Below are positions 9,461-19,570 of a stretch of DNA of 64,000 bases, in pieces. The position numbers and the translations under genes are program-made. Each line of letters starts with the position of its first letter. Positions within the stretch are counted from its first letter, which is position 1. The notes under the pieces were generated by a model, which was given only the letters and a program-made list of their open reading frames with translations, did no database searches and was not told the DNA's origin. This stretch comes from a virus. The stretch lies in the IMG/VR virus record IMGVR_UViG_3300043313_001352, positions 1 through 64,000 of that record. The stretch is one strand, 5' to 3'.

Positions 9461-9905
9461 GATGGAGATGGACCCGAAGGTCTACCGGGTGGTCTCGCGG
9501 AAGATCTGCTGGCCGAACCCGGACGCCACCTGCCTGCACGGCGGGTGCAGCTGGTGCGAGGACGGTGGCCGGTGGAAGACGCTGGATCAGATCATGCGCT
9601 ACGCCCGTGGTGCCGGAGTACTGCCGCATCGGGGGCGTGGGGAGCAGGACGCCGTCGAGGCGTTCAGCTACGGGGTGCGGAACGGCTTCTTCGGGAAGGT
9701 GCCGCTGCGCACCTCGAAGCAGGCGCTGAGCAAGTGGACGGTGATCCTGCCTGCGCTGGCGCTGAAGAAGATGGCCGAGGGGATGCCGTACCGGCACGAG
9801 TCCAACAAGGCGGAGATCGCGGCCTGGATGCTGCAGTACCGGCGCGACATCTTGGAGGAGTCCTACCGGAAGTCGGCGCGGACGATCCTGGTGGAGGTGG
9901 AGTGA
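9453..9905 (+). CDS. Hypothetical protein
   Basis: Coupled ORF. Confidence 0.6.
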   Translation: MAEMEMDPKVYRVVSRKICWPNPDATCLHGGCSWCEDGGRWKTLDQIMRYARGAGVLPHRGRGEQDAVEAFSYGVRNGFFGKVPLRTSKQALSKWTVILPALALKKMAEGMPYRHESNKAEIAAWMLQYRRDILEESYRKSARTILVEVE

Positions 9906-10132
9906 TGGGCGCGGCAGTGACGTCAATCGAGGGCTACCTCCTGATCGAGTGCAAGTTCGACTACGACGAGGACTGGAGGCTGTACCAGAAGCTTCCCGAG
10001 AGCATGTCGATCGAGCAGGCTCGGCCCGTGGTCGAAGAGCTTGAGAAGACGGTTGCCAAGTCCCCGGACTTCGAGGAGATGAAGTTTCGTCTCGTCTACG
10101 TCCGGGTCGAGACCACGAAGGAGGTGCTCTGA
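9905..10132 (+). CDS. Hypothetical protein
   Basis: TGATG coupling at both ends. Confidence 0.55.
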   Translation: MGAAVTSIEGYLLIECKFDYDEDWRLYQKLPESMSIEQARPVVEELEKTVAKSPDFEEMKFRLVYVRVETTKEVL

Positions 10133-10611
10133 TGGAGAACCCAGCATCGTGGAGCGAGGCCGAGCGGGCCGTGCAGGAAGTGCTGCTCGCGGACGCCCAG
10201 GACAAGGCCCAGAGCAAGGGCGAGATCCGGATGGGTCTCTCCCTAGCCCGCCGGATCACCAACGCGCTGCGCTCCCGGCGGCTGCTGATCGAGGGGGACC
10301 TGAAGGTCCAGGAGCTGAAGAACTGTGGCAACCACGCCGGGCTGTTCCGGACCGTCGAGGCGGCGATGGTCGCGGCCCAGAAGACGCTGGATGAGTACCA
10401 CGAGATGTACGCCGAGGCTGCGGCCGACCCGGACGACGACGGGACCAGCTACGAGCCGCTGACCACCACGCTGCTGCATTGGCGGATGGAGCGGATCGAC
10501 CACCACGGGGTGCTCACCGACCACCCCGACCTGGGTTGGCCCAGACTGACCGCGCGCTACTCCAAGCAGAACGGCTACTTCACCATCCACGAACAGGAGG
10601 TCGGATCCTGA
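10132..10611 (+). CDS. Hypothetical protein
   Basis: AAGGAGG RBS, coupled. Confidence 0.65.
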   Translation: MENPASWSEAERAVQEVLLADAQDKAQSKGEIRMGLSLARRITNALRSRRLLIEGDLKVQELKNCGNHAGLFRTVEAAMVAAQKTLDEYHEMYAEAAADPDDDGTSYEPLTTTLLHWRMERIDHHGVLTDHPDLGWPRLTARYSKQNGYFTIHEQEVGS

Positions 10612-10847
10612 TGGACGCCGAGACCCGAGAGATGCACCTGACCGCAGGCGAGCACTACGGCCGCAAGGCGACCTGCGGTCTCAAGGTCGACTACAAGTCC
10701 GAGGAGTCGGCCAACAAGGCGGTGGCGGCGATGGGTGCCAAGGGCTCCAAGGTGATGGAGGCGTACCCGTGCTTCTGGTGCGACGGCTGGCACATCGGCC
10801 GGGCGATGACCGAGGCCGAAGTGTCCAGGTTCAGCAATGGTCGGTGA
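10611..10847 (+). CDS. Small Zn-binding phage protein
   Basis: C..KVDY.SEE.A...AYPCFWCDGWHIG. Confidence 0.65.
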   Translation: MDAETREMHLTAGEHYGRKATCGLKVDYKSEESANKAVAAMGAKGSKVMEAYPCFWCDGWHIGRAMTEAEVSRFSNGR

Positions 10848-11172
10848 GGAGGCCGAGCGCAAGGCGCGCGAGGACCACACCACCCAGTGCGAGGACGTCA
10901 ACTGCCGCGCACACGGGCCGTTCCTGCGCCGGATCCGGGTGCTGGAGATGGCCCTGGACCGGGAGCGGCAGTTCAGCCGCAAGCGGCTGGCTGTGGCGTG
11001 GAGCGCCTTCCTGGACCTGGCGCTGCAAGACACCTTGGAGGACGGCACCCCGGTGCTGGCCTACGTGCTGCTGGCCAACCCCGACCTGCGGCTGCGTCTC
11101 TCGGAGGCGCTGAACCCACCGAACCCAACGACGAAAGAGACGACTGATGAGCTACCCGACCAAGCCCGGTGA
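10837..11172 (+). CDS. Hypothetical protein
   Basis: Overlapping ORF chain. Confidence 0.55.
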   Translation: MVGEEAERKAREDHTTQCEDVNCRAHGPFLRRIRVLEMALDRERQFSRKRLAVAWSAFLDLALQDTLEDGTPVLAYVLLANPDLRLRLSEALNPPNPTTKETTDELPDQAR

Positions 11173-11683
11173 CACCTACACCGCGAAGGTGATCGGCACC
11201 TTCCCTGAACTGCCCGAGTTCCCCTTCGACACGAAGGAGGCGAACCCGACGTTCTACTTCGAGAAGGACTTCGACGAGGCGGGCAACCAGACGATGCGCT
11301 TCGGTGGCCCGAAGGGCGAGGTGGTGGTCACCCTGCGCGACGGGGTGTTCACCCACGCCCGCCCGGACGGCACCGTGCTGCGCCGCGCGGTGTGGAACGC
11401 CACGAACACCTGCTGGGACATCGAGACCCAGGCGTCCACGCTGGCCGCCCACGACGTCTACACCCACCGCGACGGCGTGACCTGCATCCTGCTGGAGGAC
11501 GGCACCTGGTTCGTGCCCTACGACGCCGGGGGCGAAGGCGTCACCTGCGAGCGCGAGCACGGACCGAGCCAGCGCGACGACCGGGCACTGGGCTGGGACC
11601 GGGCGCACACGATGCTGTGCCACGACGTCTACCCGAAGTGCCGACACCGCAACCCCTGGATGAGAACCCGAGCAACGACATGA
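11147..11683 (+). CDS. Hypothetical protein
   Basis: ORF preceded by CAACGACGAAAGAGAC leader. Confidence 0.65.
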   Translation: MSYPTKPGDTYTAKVIGTFPELPEFPFDTKEANPTFYFEKDFDEAGNQTMRFGGPKGEVVVTLRDGVFTHARPDGTVLRRAVWNATNTCWDIETQASTLAAHDVYTHRDGVTCILLEDGTWFVPYDAGGEGVTCEREHGPSQRDDRALGWDRAHTMLCHDVYPKCRHRNPWMRTRATT

Positions 11684-12207
11684 GTGAGGACTGGAGCGAC
11701 ATGAGCGACGACAACGAGAACGGAACGCAGGGCGAGCAGGGCGAGGAGCAGAAGCCTGAGCCGAGCCCCTACCTGAGCAGGTCCACGATGCTGCCCGTCG
11801 AGGGTGTCGTGTACTGCCTGGAGCACACCGTGGTGCACGCAGACACCGAGAACCCGTACGGCGAGGGACCGGAGAGCTGGTGCAAGAAGGACGAGCACCG
11901 GTCGATCTACTACCGCGGCCACAAGGGCGACCTCGACGAGCGCGTGGAGACCGAGCCCAACGGTGCACCCCGCCCGCGGATCGCCGCAGCGACCAGCAAC
12001 AACAGCAGGCTCACCAAGGCCGAGCGCGGGCTGGTGCTCCGGCTGACCCGGACGCTGCACACCACCCTGAGCAACACCCGCGAGACGCTGAGCCAGATCC
12101 TCGGCAAGGACGCTGTGGAGGGGCGTGAGAGCGACCCGCTGCTGAAGCTGACCGAGTCGATCCTGGACAAGCTCGGGGACGAGGGCGGTGAGCCCGATGG
12201 ATCATGA
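11680..12207 (+). CDS. Hypothetical protein
   Basis: ATGA coupling. Confidence 0.6.
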   Translation: MSEDWSDMSDDNENGTQGEQGEEQKPEPSPYLSRSTMLPVEGVVYCLEHTVVHADTENPYGEGPESWCKKDEHRSIYYRGHKGDLDERVETEPNGAPRPRIAAATSNNSRLTKAERGLVLRLTRTLHTTLSNTRETLSQILGKDAVEGRESDPLLKLTESILDKLGDEGGEPDGS

Positions 12208-12323
12208 CGTTCTCATGCTGTGGGGAGTGCGGCTCCTGGCCGTGGGCTTGACTGTCCTCTTCGTGCACCTGCTGCTCTTGATCGTCCGGGAGTTCCGAGG
12301 CCCACGTCGGGAGCGGGTGCGCG

Positions 12324-12698
12324 ATGAGTAGGCCGACGATCCCGGTCGAGCCGGTCCGGGTCGGGGACCGCTACGAGCGCTCGGACGGCGCCAAGGTCAC
12401 CATCACCGGGGTCGAGCTGCACCGCGCCGACTACTCGGTGCTCACCGAGGAGGGCACCATCTGGTCCTCCTACACCCCACTGCCAGTGCCGGAGACCTGG
12501 ACCAAGATCGCCTCCGGGCCAGTGCCGGAACGGCAGAAGAACTACTGCGTCACGCACCCGCTGCGCGAGGCCGAGCCGGGCCAGATCTTCTGCCCGGACT
12601 GCATCGACCAGGTGGCCGGGAGCTGGTCGAAGTACGCGCCGGACGAGGCCGCGGACCTGGTCGAGCACATGCTCTCGGAGCAGAAGGGGAAGTCGTGA
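12324..12698 (+). CDS. Hypothetical protein
   Basis: ORF with CVTH...CPDC. Confidence 0.6.
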   Translation: MSRPTIPVEPVRVGDRYERSDGAKVTITGVELHRADYSVLTEEGTIWSSYTPLPVPETWTKIASGPVPERQKNYCVTHPLREAEPGQIFCPDCIDQVAGSWSKYAPDEAADLVEHMLSEQKGKS

Positions 12699-13177
12699 GC
12701 AAGATGGAGGACGTGACGGAGAAGGTGGTCAAGAAGGGCGACCGGTTCGCCGCGATGGGGGCGGTGGCCGAGGTGCTGCGGGCCGGGAAGAAGTGGGCCG
12801 ACATCGAGGTGCGGCAAACGGGCGGCGCGACCTGGCGCAAGCGGCAGCCGCTGCCGCTGCCCTCGGACTGGCGACGGCTGGCGCCGCGCCAGGAGGTGGC
12901 GATCTGGGAGCCGCAGTGGACCATCCATCCCGGCGTGCACTGGCGCGAGATCATCGAGGAGTCCGGGAGGTCCCAGGCGAAGGTGGCCGAGGAGATGGGC
13001 GTCTCGGAGAAGCACCTGTCCCAGATCCTGACCTGCACGGTGATGCCCGGCGTGGAGGCGACGATGAAGTTCGCCTCGGTGATGGAGGTCTCGCCGCGGC
13101 TGCTCTGGCGGCTGGCCTGCGACCACAAGCTGGACCTGGCGCTGGGCAAGACCGACCTGACCAAGGATTACCTCTGA
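12695..13177 (+). CDS. HigA-like XRE HTH protein with N-terminal extension
   Basis: IHPGVHWREIIEESGRSQAKVAEEMGVSEKHLSQIL...EVSPRLLWRL matches the HigA HPGE..L / SQ..LA..MGVS..H pattern. Confidence 0.8.
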   Translation: MSKMEDVTEKVVKKGDRFAAMGAVAEVLRAGKKWADIEVRQTGGATWRKRQPLPLPSDWRRLAPRQEVAIWEPQWTIHPGVHWREIIEESGRSQAKVAEEMGVSEKHLSQILTCTVMPGVEATMKFASVMEVSPRLLWRLACDHKLDLALGKTDLTKDYL

Positions 13178-13273
13178 GGTAAAGGTATAAAAATACCAGT
13201 CAGGGACAGTGTGGTAGACTGTGATCGTACCGCTCGTGATGAGAGACAGACCGAGACCGAGGATGCAGGAACG

Positions 13274-13471
13274 ATGGACGACACTGAGCAGGAGAGGCCG
13301 CAGCGAGAGACCTGCGTCTACTGCAAGAGGGCCATCTACCTGGGCATCGTGGTCAAGGACGAGTGGGCGCACGCGTCCGGCTCTCGCTGGTGCCAGACCC
13401 CGAACGGCTTCACCGCCACGCCGCTGCGCGCGGCAACACCCACCTACCACGGAAACGAGGACGTGTTGTGA
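13274..13471 (+). CDS. Small hypothetical protein
   Basis: Downstream of TGTGG-TAGACT at 13210-13220. Confidence 0.45.
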   Translation: MDDTEQERPQRETCVYCKRAIYLGIVVKDEWAHASGSRWCQTPNGFTATPLRAATPTYHGNEDVL

Positions 13472-13800
13472 CCGACTTCCCGACCCACACCATCACGGTC
13501 ACGAAGGTCTCCTACGAGGAGCCACGCGGCAACCACCTGACCGAGCTGCCGGTGTGCGAGTACGAGATCGACCACGGGGTCTGCGAGGTGCGCGGCGAGG
13601 AGTGCATCGTCGAGGGCCACGTGCAGGAGTTGGGGCTGCACGCCGCGCTGTACGGGGTCTGGGACAGCTGGGACCAGAACAACCGGCTGGAGGCCGGACG
13701 CGAGTACCGGGTCCGCGGCTGGGTCTCGAAGTACGACATCCCCGGCGAGCCGATCGAATACGACGCCGGGATCGAGGAAGTAGGAGATGACGATGAGTGA
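13468..13800 (+). CDS. Hypothetical protein
   Basis: GTGA coupling. Confidence 0.6.
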   Translation: MTDFPTHTITVTKVSYEEPRGNHLTELPVCEYEIDHGVCEVRGEECIVEGHVQELGLHAALYGVWDSWDQNNRLEAGREYRVRGWVSKYDIPGEPIEYDAGIEEVGDDDE

Positions 13801-14188
13801 CATAGCGACCACGCACGGAACGGCGCTGGAGGAGCTGATGGCGGGGTGGATGCGCAACGAGGAGCGGTCCGCGGACTACCAGGACGCGCTCGCTGACGCC
13901 GCCGAGCAGCTGCGGGCGGTGCTGGAGGGCGAGCCCGGCACCGAGGTCGACGTCGAGGAGACCGTGCACTGGGGCTGCCAACTGCTACACGAGGACGGCA
14001 CGGTCTACCTGACCCGCTGGGACCCCGGCTACGGCTCGGGGATGTACATCCCCTACACCGAGGAGCAGGCCCGCTACGACGTCAACAGTGACGACCGGGA
14101 CTGGCCCTCCTCGCGCAAGCAACTGGTCACCCGGACCGAGACCGTCACCACGGTGACGACTCCCTGGAAGGTGAGCACCGATGCCTAG
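13793..14188 (+). CDS. Hypothetical protein
   Basis: AGGAG RBS. Confidence 0.6.
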   Translation: MSDIATTHGTALEELMAGWMRNEERSADYQDALADAAEQLRAVLEGEPGTEVDVEETVHWGCQLLHEDGTVYLTRWDPGYGSGMYIPYTEEQARYDVNSDDRDWPSSRKQLVTRTETVTTVTTPWKVSTDA

Positions 14189-14618
14189 CCAGCAGTCCTA
14201 CTGCTTCGGGCACTACCTCGACGAGGACGGTGAGGTGCAGCACTGCCTGGGTCCGTTCGAGCACTGGGGGGACCACGACAAGGACTGGCCCCGGAGCGAG
14301 CCGAAGCGTGCGAAGCCGGTGCCGGAGCCGGAGGACACCCAGGTCTCGGGCCGGATCCGCGAGCTGACCGAGTCCGTGGTCGGCGGGGCGCCGGTGGAGA
14401 TCGGCAAGCGCTACTGGCACCCCGAAGACGGGCTGATCGAGATCACCTCGGGGCAGTACTGGGGCACCCACGGGCTGTCCAACTTCTGGTACTGGACGGT
14501 GGTCGAGACCGGGGAGGAGAAGAACGGCTACGGCGGGGAGTGGGAGCGGGACTTCCCGTGCGCGCAGGGCTGCAAGCCGTCAGAGGGCAACGTGTGCGGC
14601 GGGCCGCGGTGCACCTGA
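14181..14618 (+). CDS. Hypothetical protein
   Basis: ITSGQYWGTHGLSNFWYW. Confidence 0.6.
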   Translation: MPSQQSYCFGHYLDEDGEVQHCLGPFEHWGDHDKDWPRSEPKRAKPVPEPEDTQVSGRIRELTESVVGGAPVEIGKRYWHPEDGLIEITSGQYWGTHGLSNFWYWTVVETGEEKNGYGGEWERDFPCAQGCKPSEGNVCGGPRCT

Positions 14619-14630
14619 CCTGTTTACCTA

Positions 14631-14684
14631 TGTGGTAAAGTTCTGCCAACGACGAAACGACGCAGGACGAGAGAAGGACAAGTC
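14631..14684 (+). promoter_or_regulatory. Extended -10 promoter plus AACGACG/AAGGACA leader
   Basis: TGTGG-TAAAGT...CAACGACG...GAAGGACA. Confidence 0.6.
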
Positions 14685-15716
14685 ATGGGAGCGATTGACG
14701 CATTCCACGTGAAGCAGGTGATCTGGGAGACGCTGCACACCGCGCACTTCCACCGGTTCGCCGACATCTACAGCGCCTCGCTGCGCGGCGAGGCCCTGGT
14801 CGAGGAGACCGTGCCGATGGCCGAGATCCCGGACTTCGTGCGCAGCGGCGACGCCGCAGTGGCCCGCGAGGTGCGGGTGGCCCGGATGAGCGAGACGTTC
14901 TACGTGGCGCCGCTGATGTCGCGGCTGGTCACCGCCGCGGCCGAGTCCTGGCCCGAGGACGAGCCGGTGCTGGCCGAGGACTGGCCGACCACGCACGGGT
15001 TCATGTACATCCCCGGCGGGGTCTCCACCGTCGACGTGCGCGGACAGGTCAACGTCACCGAGATCTTCACCTGGGAGGTCCGCGGGTCCCAGACCGAGGT
15101 GGTCTGGTGGACCAACAAGAAGTACGACGCGCCGGTGATGCGCGAGCGGATCGGTTGGTCCGAGATCCCGCAGTACACGCCCTGGCACATCGTCGTGCTC
15201 AAGCACGGGCGGGCGCTGCCCCAGGCGATGGTGATGGGCACCGTGATCCCGCCCGAGGTCGGCCGGGAGATGCGCTGGATCACCGGTCCGAACGGGGAGC
15301 GCTCGCTGTACTTCCCGCAGGGCTGGACCCCGGAGCAGCTGCACCCGCACATCGGGGTGGACCGGGTCAGTGCCTGGCTGGTCTCAGCCTTGCGGATCAT
15401 GCAGCAGCCGCTGGCTGCCGTGGAGCGGAAGGGGATGCCCGCCAACCTGCGCAAGTCGCTGATGCGGCACCCGGTCCGGCTCAAGCAGAAGGCGGTCACG
15501 GTGATCGACTTCCGGCGACGGGTGGGCGACTTCGAGCACGTCGGGGAGCGGGAGTACTCGCATCGGTTCCTGCGCCGTGGGCACTGGAGACGTCAGCAGT
15601 ACAAGCGCGACGACGGGGAGTGGGATCGCCGCCGAATCTGGATCCATTCCACGATCGTGGGCGACCCCAGCAAGCCGCTGATCCTGCGCGAGCACGTGAA
15701 TGCGCTGACGCGATGA
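14685..15716 (+). CDS. Conserved phage protein with C-terminal RRGHWR motif
   Basis: HRFLRRGHWRRQ...RRIWIHSTIVGDP. Confidence 0.75.
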   Translation: MGAIDAFHVKQVIWETLHTAHFHRFADIYSASLRGEALVEETVPMAEIPDFVRSGDAAVAREVRVARMSETFYVAPLMSRLVTAAAESWPEDEPVLAEDWPTTHGFMYIPGGVSTVDVRGQVNVTEIFTWEVRGSQTEVVWWTNKKYDAPVMRERIGWSEIPQYTPWHIVVLKHGRALPQAMVMGTVIPPEVGREMRWITGPNGERSLYFPQGWTPEQLHPHIGVDRVSAWLVSALRIMQQPLAAVERKGMPANLRKSLMRHPVRLKQKAVTVIDFRRRVGDFEHVGEREYSHRFLRRGHWRRQQYKRDDGEWDRRRIWIHSTIVGDPSKPLILREHVNALTR

Positions 15717-16267
15717 CTGGCGCGCTCACCACCAGCGATCTCGTACTCATCGACCGGCTGACCAGCTGGACGGACTGGCACCACCTCATCAACCTTCCGC
15801 CCCGAGGACAGCATGTCGTGCGCCATGACCCAGGCGTCTACATGTTCCGGTTCGACTACGAGCCTGACGTCGTCGGCTACATCGGCAAGTCCCGCGACAT
15901 CCGGTCCCGCATGGGTCAGTACCGTCGCGGCGACAACCTGTTGCGGCCACCCTGCTACCAGGTGATCGACGCCGCCCGAGTCACGGGATCCGACGAGTGG
16001 CTCACGGGACCTGACGACCGGCCTGTCAGCAACAGGGTCCGGATGCGTCTGATGCGCCCTCCAGAGGATGTTTCGCCGTGGCTCGCGCTTGAAGCCTATC
16101 GTGAGGCGCTGCCCTGGTCGGGGCTCCAGGTCAAGATCGGGTACGCCCACGAGGACCAGATCCTGACCCTGGAGCGGCTGCTGATCCACCTCTACGACCC
16201 GCCGTGGAACCACCCGACCTACAGCAGGCAGCGCCATATTTTCGACGCGCCTGCATCCAGCCGCTAG
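15713..16267 (+). CDS. GIY-YIG nuclease family protein
   Basis: PGVYMF...YIGKSRDIRSRMGQY...LERLLIHLYDPPWN. Confidence 0.75.
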   Translation: MTGALTTSDLVLIDRLTSWTDWHHLINLPPRGQHVVRHDPGVYMFRFDYEPDVVGYIGKSRDIRSRMGQYRRGDNLLRPPCYQVIDAARVTGSDEWLTGPDDRPVSNRVRMRLMRPPEDVSPWLALEAYREALPWSGLQVKIGYAHEDQILTLERLLIHLYDPPWNHPTYSRQRHIFDAPASSR

Positions 16268-16275
16268 GAGGAGCG

Positions 16276-16506
16276 ATGAAGTACCCCGGCAACATCAGCG
16301 GCGAGGCGTACGCCGCGATGGAGGAGGGCTACGACCAGGGCTACGAGAAAGGGTTCGCCGCCGCGCAGGGCGCGTTGGAGGAGAAGTGGCGGCACACCCT
16401 GCAGTACGCCGCCACCGCGTTGGAGGCCAGCTCGGACAACGGCGACCGGTACTGCGCCGCACAGATCCGTGCTCGACTCGCCGCAGACGGGGCCGCATCA
16501 GGTTAG
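16276..16506 (+). CDS. Hypothetical protein
   Basis: AGGAGG RBS. Confidence 0.6.
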   Translation: MKYPGNISGEAYAAMEEGYDQGYEKGFAAAQGALEEKWRHTLQYAATALEASSDNGDRYCAAQIRARLAADGAASG

Positions 16507-16541
16507 GGTTGGCGAAGTTGAAGTGAGACAAGGACGTAGCG

Positions 16542-17099
16542 ATGACGGTTGACCCTCCAGAGGGGTACGAGCCGGACCCGGACGAGCCCGGCTACTCACC
16601 GGAGCCGGTCGGCAGCCGGTCGATCCCGGACCCTCCTCCAGGGCTGGACGTGCCGTTGGGCGAGGTCCGGGACTGGCTGCGTGGTCGTGTCGAGAAAGGG
16701 GTGCACTGCCCCGCGTGCGAGCAGTTCGCGAAGGTCTACCGACGGCAGATCTACGCCGGGATGGTCCGGGCGCTGGTGCTGATGTGGCGCGAAGGGGACT
16801 TCGGCAAGCGGCTGTACGTGCACGTCCCCTCGATCGACCCGGCCCGCGGTGGCGACGTCGCCAAGCTGGAGTTCTGGGGACTGATCGAGGAGGAGCGGGC
16901 CTCGCGGGTGGACGGGGGCCGGGCCGGGTTCTGGCGGGTCACCCGGCGCGGTGAGGACTTTCTGCAGCGCAAGACGACGGTGCCCAAGTACGCCCGGATC
17001 TACGACGGGCGGCTGCTCTCGCTGACCGGGCCGCTGGTGGGTGTTGACGACGCGCTGCGAGGTGCGTTCCGGTTGGACGAGCTGATGGAAGGGATCTGA
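16542..17099 (+). CDS. Conserved phage protein (Zn ribbon plus winged-helix-like)
   Basis: CPACEQFAKVYRR...AKLEFWGLIE...GFWRVTRRGEDF. Confidence 0.7.
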   Translation: MTVDPPEGYEPDPDEPGYSPEPVGSRSIPDPPPGLDVPLGEVRDWLRGRVEKGVHCPACEQFAKVYRRQIYAGMVRALVLMWREGDFGKRLYVHVPSIDPARGGDVAKLEFWGLIEEERASRVDGGRAGFWRVTRRGEDFLQRKTTVPKYARIYDGRLLSLTGPLVGVDDALRGAFRLDELMEGI

Positions 17100-17104
17100 A
17101 CGAG

Positions 17105-17296
17105 ATGACCGAGGACGAACGGGCCGAGCTGCAGGAGACGGCGAAGCAGAAACGCGACGAGGGGATGCGACGGCTCGTCGAGGCCGACCAGTACGAGACG
17201 GTCATGCCGAAGGGCGTGGCGAAGCGCGTCCCTCGCGGCGTGTGCCGGTGCCCGGTGCTGGACGTGGGTGACTTCTGCCCGGTGCACGGAGGATGA
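17105..17296 (+). CDS. Small hypothetical protein
   Basis: C-terminal CRC...CPVHG. Confidence 0.55.
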   Translation: MTEDERAELQETAKQKRDEGMRRLVEADQYETVMPKGVAKRVPRGVCRCPVLDVGDFCPVHGG

Positions 17297-17349
17297 CGGG
17301 CTGACGAACTGACCGAAGACCTGATGGGGGAGGAGCGAGGGAGTGACGC

Positions 17350-17565
17350 ATGACGAAGCGCCAACAGCGCAAGACACCAGGAGCGGACGAGGGAGAGCGG
17401 ACCTACACCCGGCGGCAGTGGCTGACCCGACGGGCGATCATGAACGGCGCCCCGGTGGTGATGGCGGTGGAGGCGGTCGCCTCGGTAGCGATCGAGCACG
17501 ACTGGGACATGGACACCGAGCGCAAGACGATGGCCGAGTGGGACATGATGGAGCATCCTCAATGA
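17350..17565 (+). CDS. Small hypothetical protein
   Basis: RBS, coupled to next gene. Confidence 0.55.
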   Translation: MTKRQQRKTPGADEGERTYTRRQWLTRRAIMNGAPVVMAVEAVASVAIEHDWDMDTERKTMAEWDMMEHPQ

Positions 17566-17843
17566 CCCCAGCGACACAGACGACACACAGAACTCGGGAC
17601 CTGCACGTGCCTACTCAGCGAGAACCCTCGGAGCCTTCGCGCCCCGACCCCAGGACCAGCCCCCGCTCCCGTCCGGTGCTGCCGCCGGACCCCGACGCCG
17701 GGCCGCAGCGCTCGGTCGTGTGGGGCTACCGCACCCCCAAGCCGATCGCCGAGCAGCGCGCCGTGGCGCGCCGCAAGAAGGCCCAGGTGAAGCCCACCCA
17801 CCGTCGTCGGACGTGGTGGGACAAGCTGTGGGGGCGTCGCTGA
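17562..17843 (+). CDS. Hypothetical basic protein
   Basis: Coupled at both ends. Confidence 0.5.
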   Translation: MTPATQTTHRTRDLHVPTQREPSEPSRPDPRTSPRSRPVLPPDPDAGPQRSVVWGYRTPKPIAEQRAVARRKKAQVKPTHRRRTWWDKLWGRR

Positions 17844-18523
17844 TGCCCGCCATCGGTGAGATGAAGGTCTACACCGGAGCCGGATGGATGCGGCTGGCGC
17901 CGGGGTCAGTGGTGGACCCGGAGACCGTCGGCTGGCCGCCCGCGATGCCCAAGCCGATGAAGTGGGACCCGGCCGCGCACGGGGAACGGGAGCCGGAGCC
18001 GGACGAGGATGGCGGGGTCGATGACCCGGTGATCTCGGAGCTGCTGGAGGTGCTGCTGTGCCCCAACTGCGACATGGAGCTGAGCGCTGCAGCGTGCACC
18101 CCGCAGCACGCCTACCTGGCCGACAACCCGATGGAGCACCGGCTGCTGGTGGGCCTGCTGACGCCGTACCTCAAGCAACTGCGCTTCGAGGAGGGGCGGC
18201 TGTGCTCCTCGTGCACGTTCGCGGCCGAGCACGACGTCGTGCTGGCGAGTGAGGAGTGCAACCACGTCGACGCCCGCGGGGACCAGGTGCTGATCAGCAC
18301 GGTGCAGTGGGCGGCGCTGGCCGTGGTGGTTGCCGACGCCCGCGGCGCGCTGGCTGGGATCGAGGACCGGCTGACCGACCAGGAGGAGTCGCTCGGGGAC
18401 CTGCTGATCTGGCACTACGAGCACCGCGACGTCGAGATCGCCCACCTGGGCGCGCACGCGTACTGGCGCAGAGTGGCGGGCACCGTGCTCGCCGTGTTGA
18501 CCAAGAGACTGGAGACGACATGA
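17843..18523 (+). CDS. Hypothetical protein
   Basis: TGATG coupling; Cys motifs. Confidence 0.6.
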   Translation: MPAIGEMKVYTGAGWMRLAPGSVVDPETVGWPPAMPKPMKWDPAAHGEREPEPDEDGGVDDPVISELLEVLLCPNCDMELSAAACTPQHAYLADNPMEHRLLVGLLTPYLKQLRFEEGRLCSSCTFAAEHDVVLASEECNHVDARGDQVLISTVQWAALAVVVADARGALAGIEDRLTDQEESLGDLLIWHYEHRDVEIAHLGAHAYWRRVAGTVLAVLTKRLETT

Positions 18524-18996
18524 GCGACAAGAGCGACAGCAACGGGTCGGCACCGGCCCCGATGACACCGGTGCAGTACACCGAGTACCTGCAGAAGCGC
18601 GCCCAGACGCTGCTGGACGACGTCACCGGCGGTGGGGTGTCGCCGGAGGTGAGCAGGACGTTCCTGGAGCGGCTGGAGTCGATCATCGACGAACGCCGCG
18701 ACATCGAGATGTGGCACCAGGTCGGTCTCGGCGGCGCGCACTGGGTGGCGAGCTACCCGGACGCCGAGAAAGCGGCCGAGGCGGTGCAGTACCTGGCCAC
18801 GGACGGCCACGGGCACCACTTCGCGGTGCTCAACGAGGGGCTCAGCCTCTCGGTCTCCAAGATGGGCGTCGAGTGCCTGCGCAACTACCACCTGAAGGAG
18901 CGGGAACGCGCTGAGCGGCTGGAGAGGCGGCGCGGACCGGACCTGGGCGACGACCCGGACGGTGACGTCGAGGGAGCGGACTGGGGGTCGCCGTGA
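18520..18996 (+). CDS. Hypothetical protein
   Basis: ATGA coupling. Confidence 0.6.
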   Translation: MSDKSDSNGSAPAPMTPVQYTEYLQKRAQTLLDDVTGGGVSPEVSRTFLERLESIIDERRDIEMWHQVGLGGAHWVASYPDAEKAAEAVQYLATDGHGHHFAVLNEGLSLSVSKMGVECLRNYHLKERERAERLERRRGPDLGDDPDGDVEGADWGSP

Positions 18997-19198
18997 TCGG
19001 GTTCTTCATCACCGTCGGGGTGGTCGTGTGGCTGGTCTGGCTGGCGAACTCGTGGTCTAGCTCGTGATCTGGTGGCACGAGCGGGTGCTGCGGCACACGC
19101 TGCGCCGGAACACGATGATCTCGGTGCCGATGTGGGACCGGGCGGCCAAGGGCGTGCTGGTGTCGTGCTCGTGCGGGAAGACGTGGGCTCGGTGAACG

Positions 19199-19570
19199 GT
19201 GAGTGAGGTGGTCAGGGTGAGTGAGCCGGGTGAGCGGGAGAACTTCCGCACCTTCGACGACGTGCTGACCTGCTCGACCCCGGATTCGGTCGATGAAGGA
19301 AATCCGGCGTCGCTGGAGGCGTGGAAACGCCAGGCGGTCGGGATCGCCAAGCAGTACGTCTGGAAGCAGTACCGAGTACCGCCCTATGAGCTGCTGTTCG
19401 GCCGCGCGGACGTGCTGGTGACCGGCGATCCGGTCGCCGCGGCGGCGTTCCAGCCCGGTGATGCCTGCGAGACGTGCCGCGAGGGCACCGAGATCGCGGT
19501 GAAGTACCTGCGTGAGCACCCCGAGGCGTCGGTGACCCAGGTGAACATCGCGGTGACCGAAATCTGGTAG
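19199..19570 (+). CDS. Hypothetical protein
   Basis: ORF with coding-like bias. Confidence 0.55.
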   Translation: MSEVVRVSEPGERENFRTFDDVLTCSTPDSVDEGNPASLEAWKRQAVGIAKQYVWKQYRVPPYELLFGRADVLVTGDPVAAAAFQPGDACETCREGTEIAVKYLREHPEASVTQVNIAVTEIW

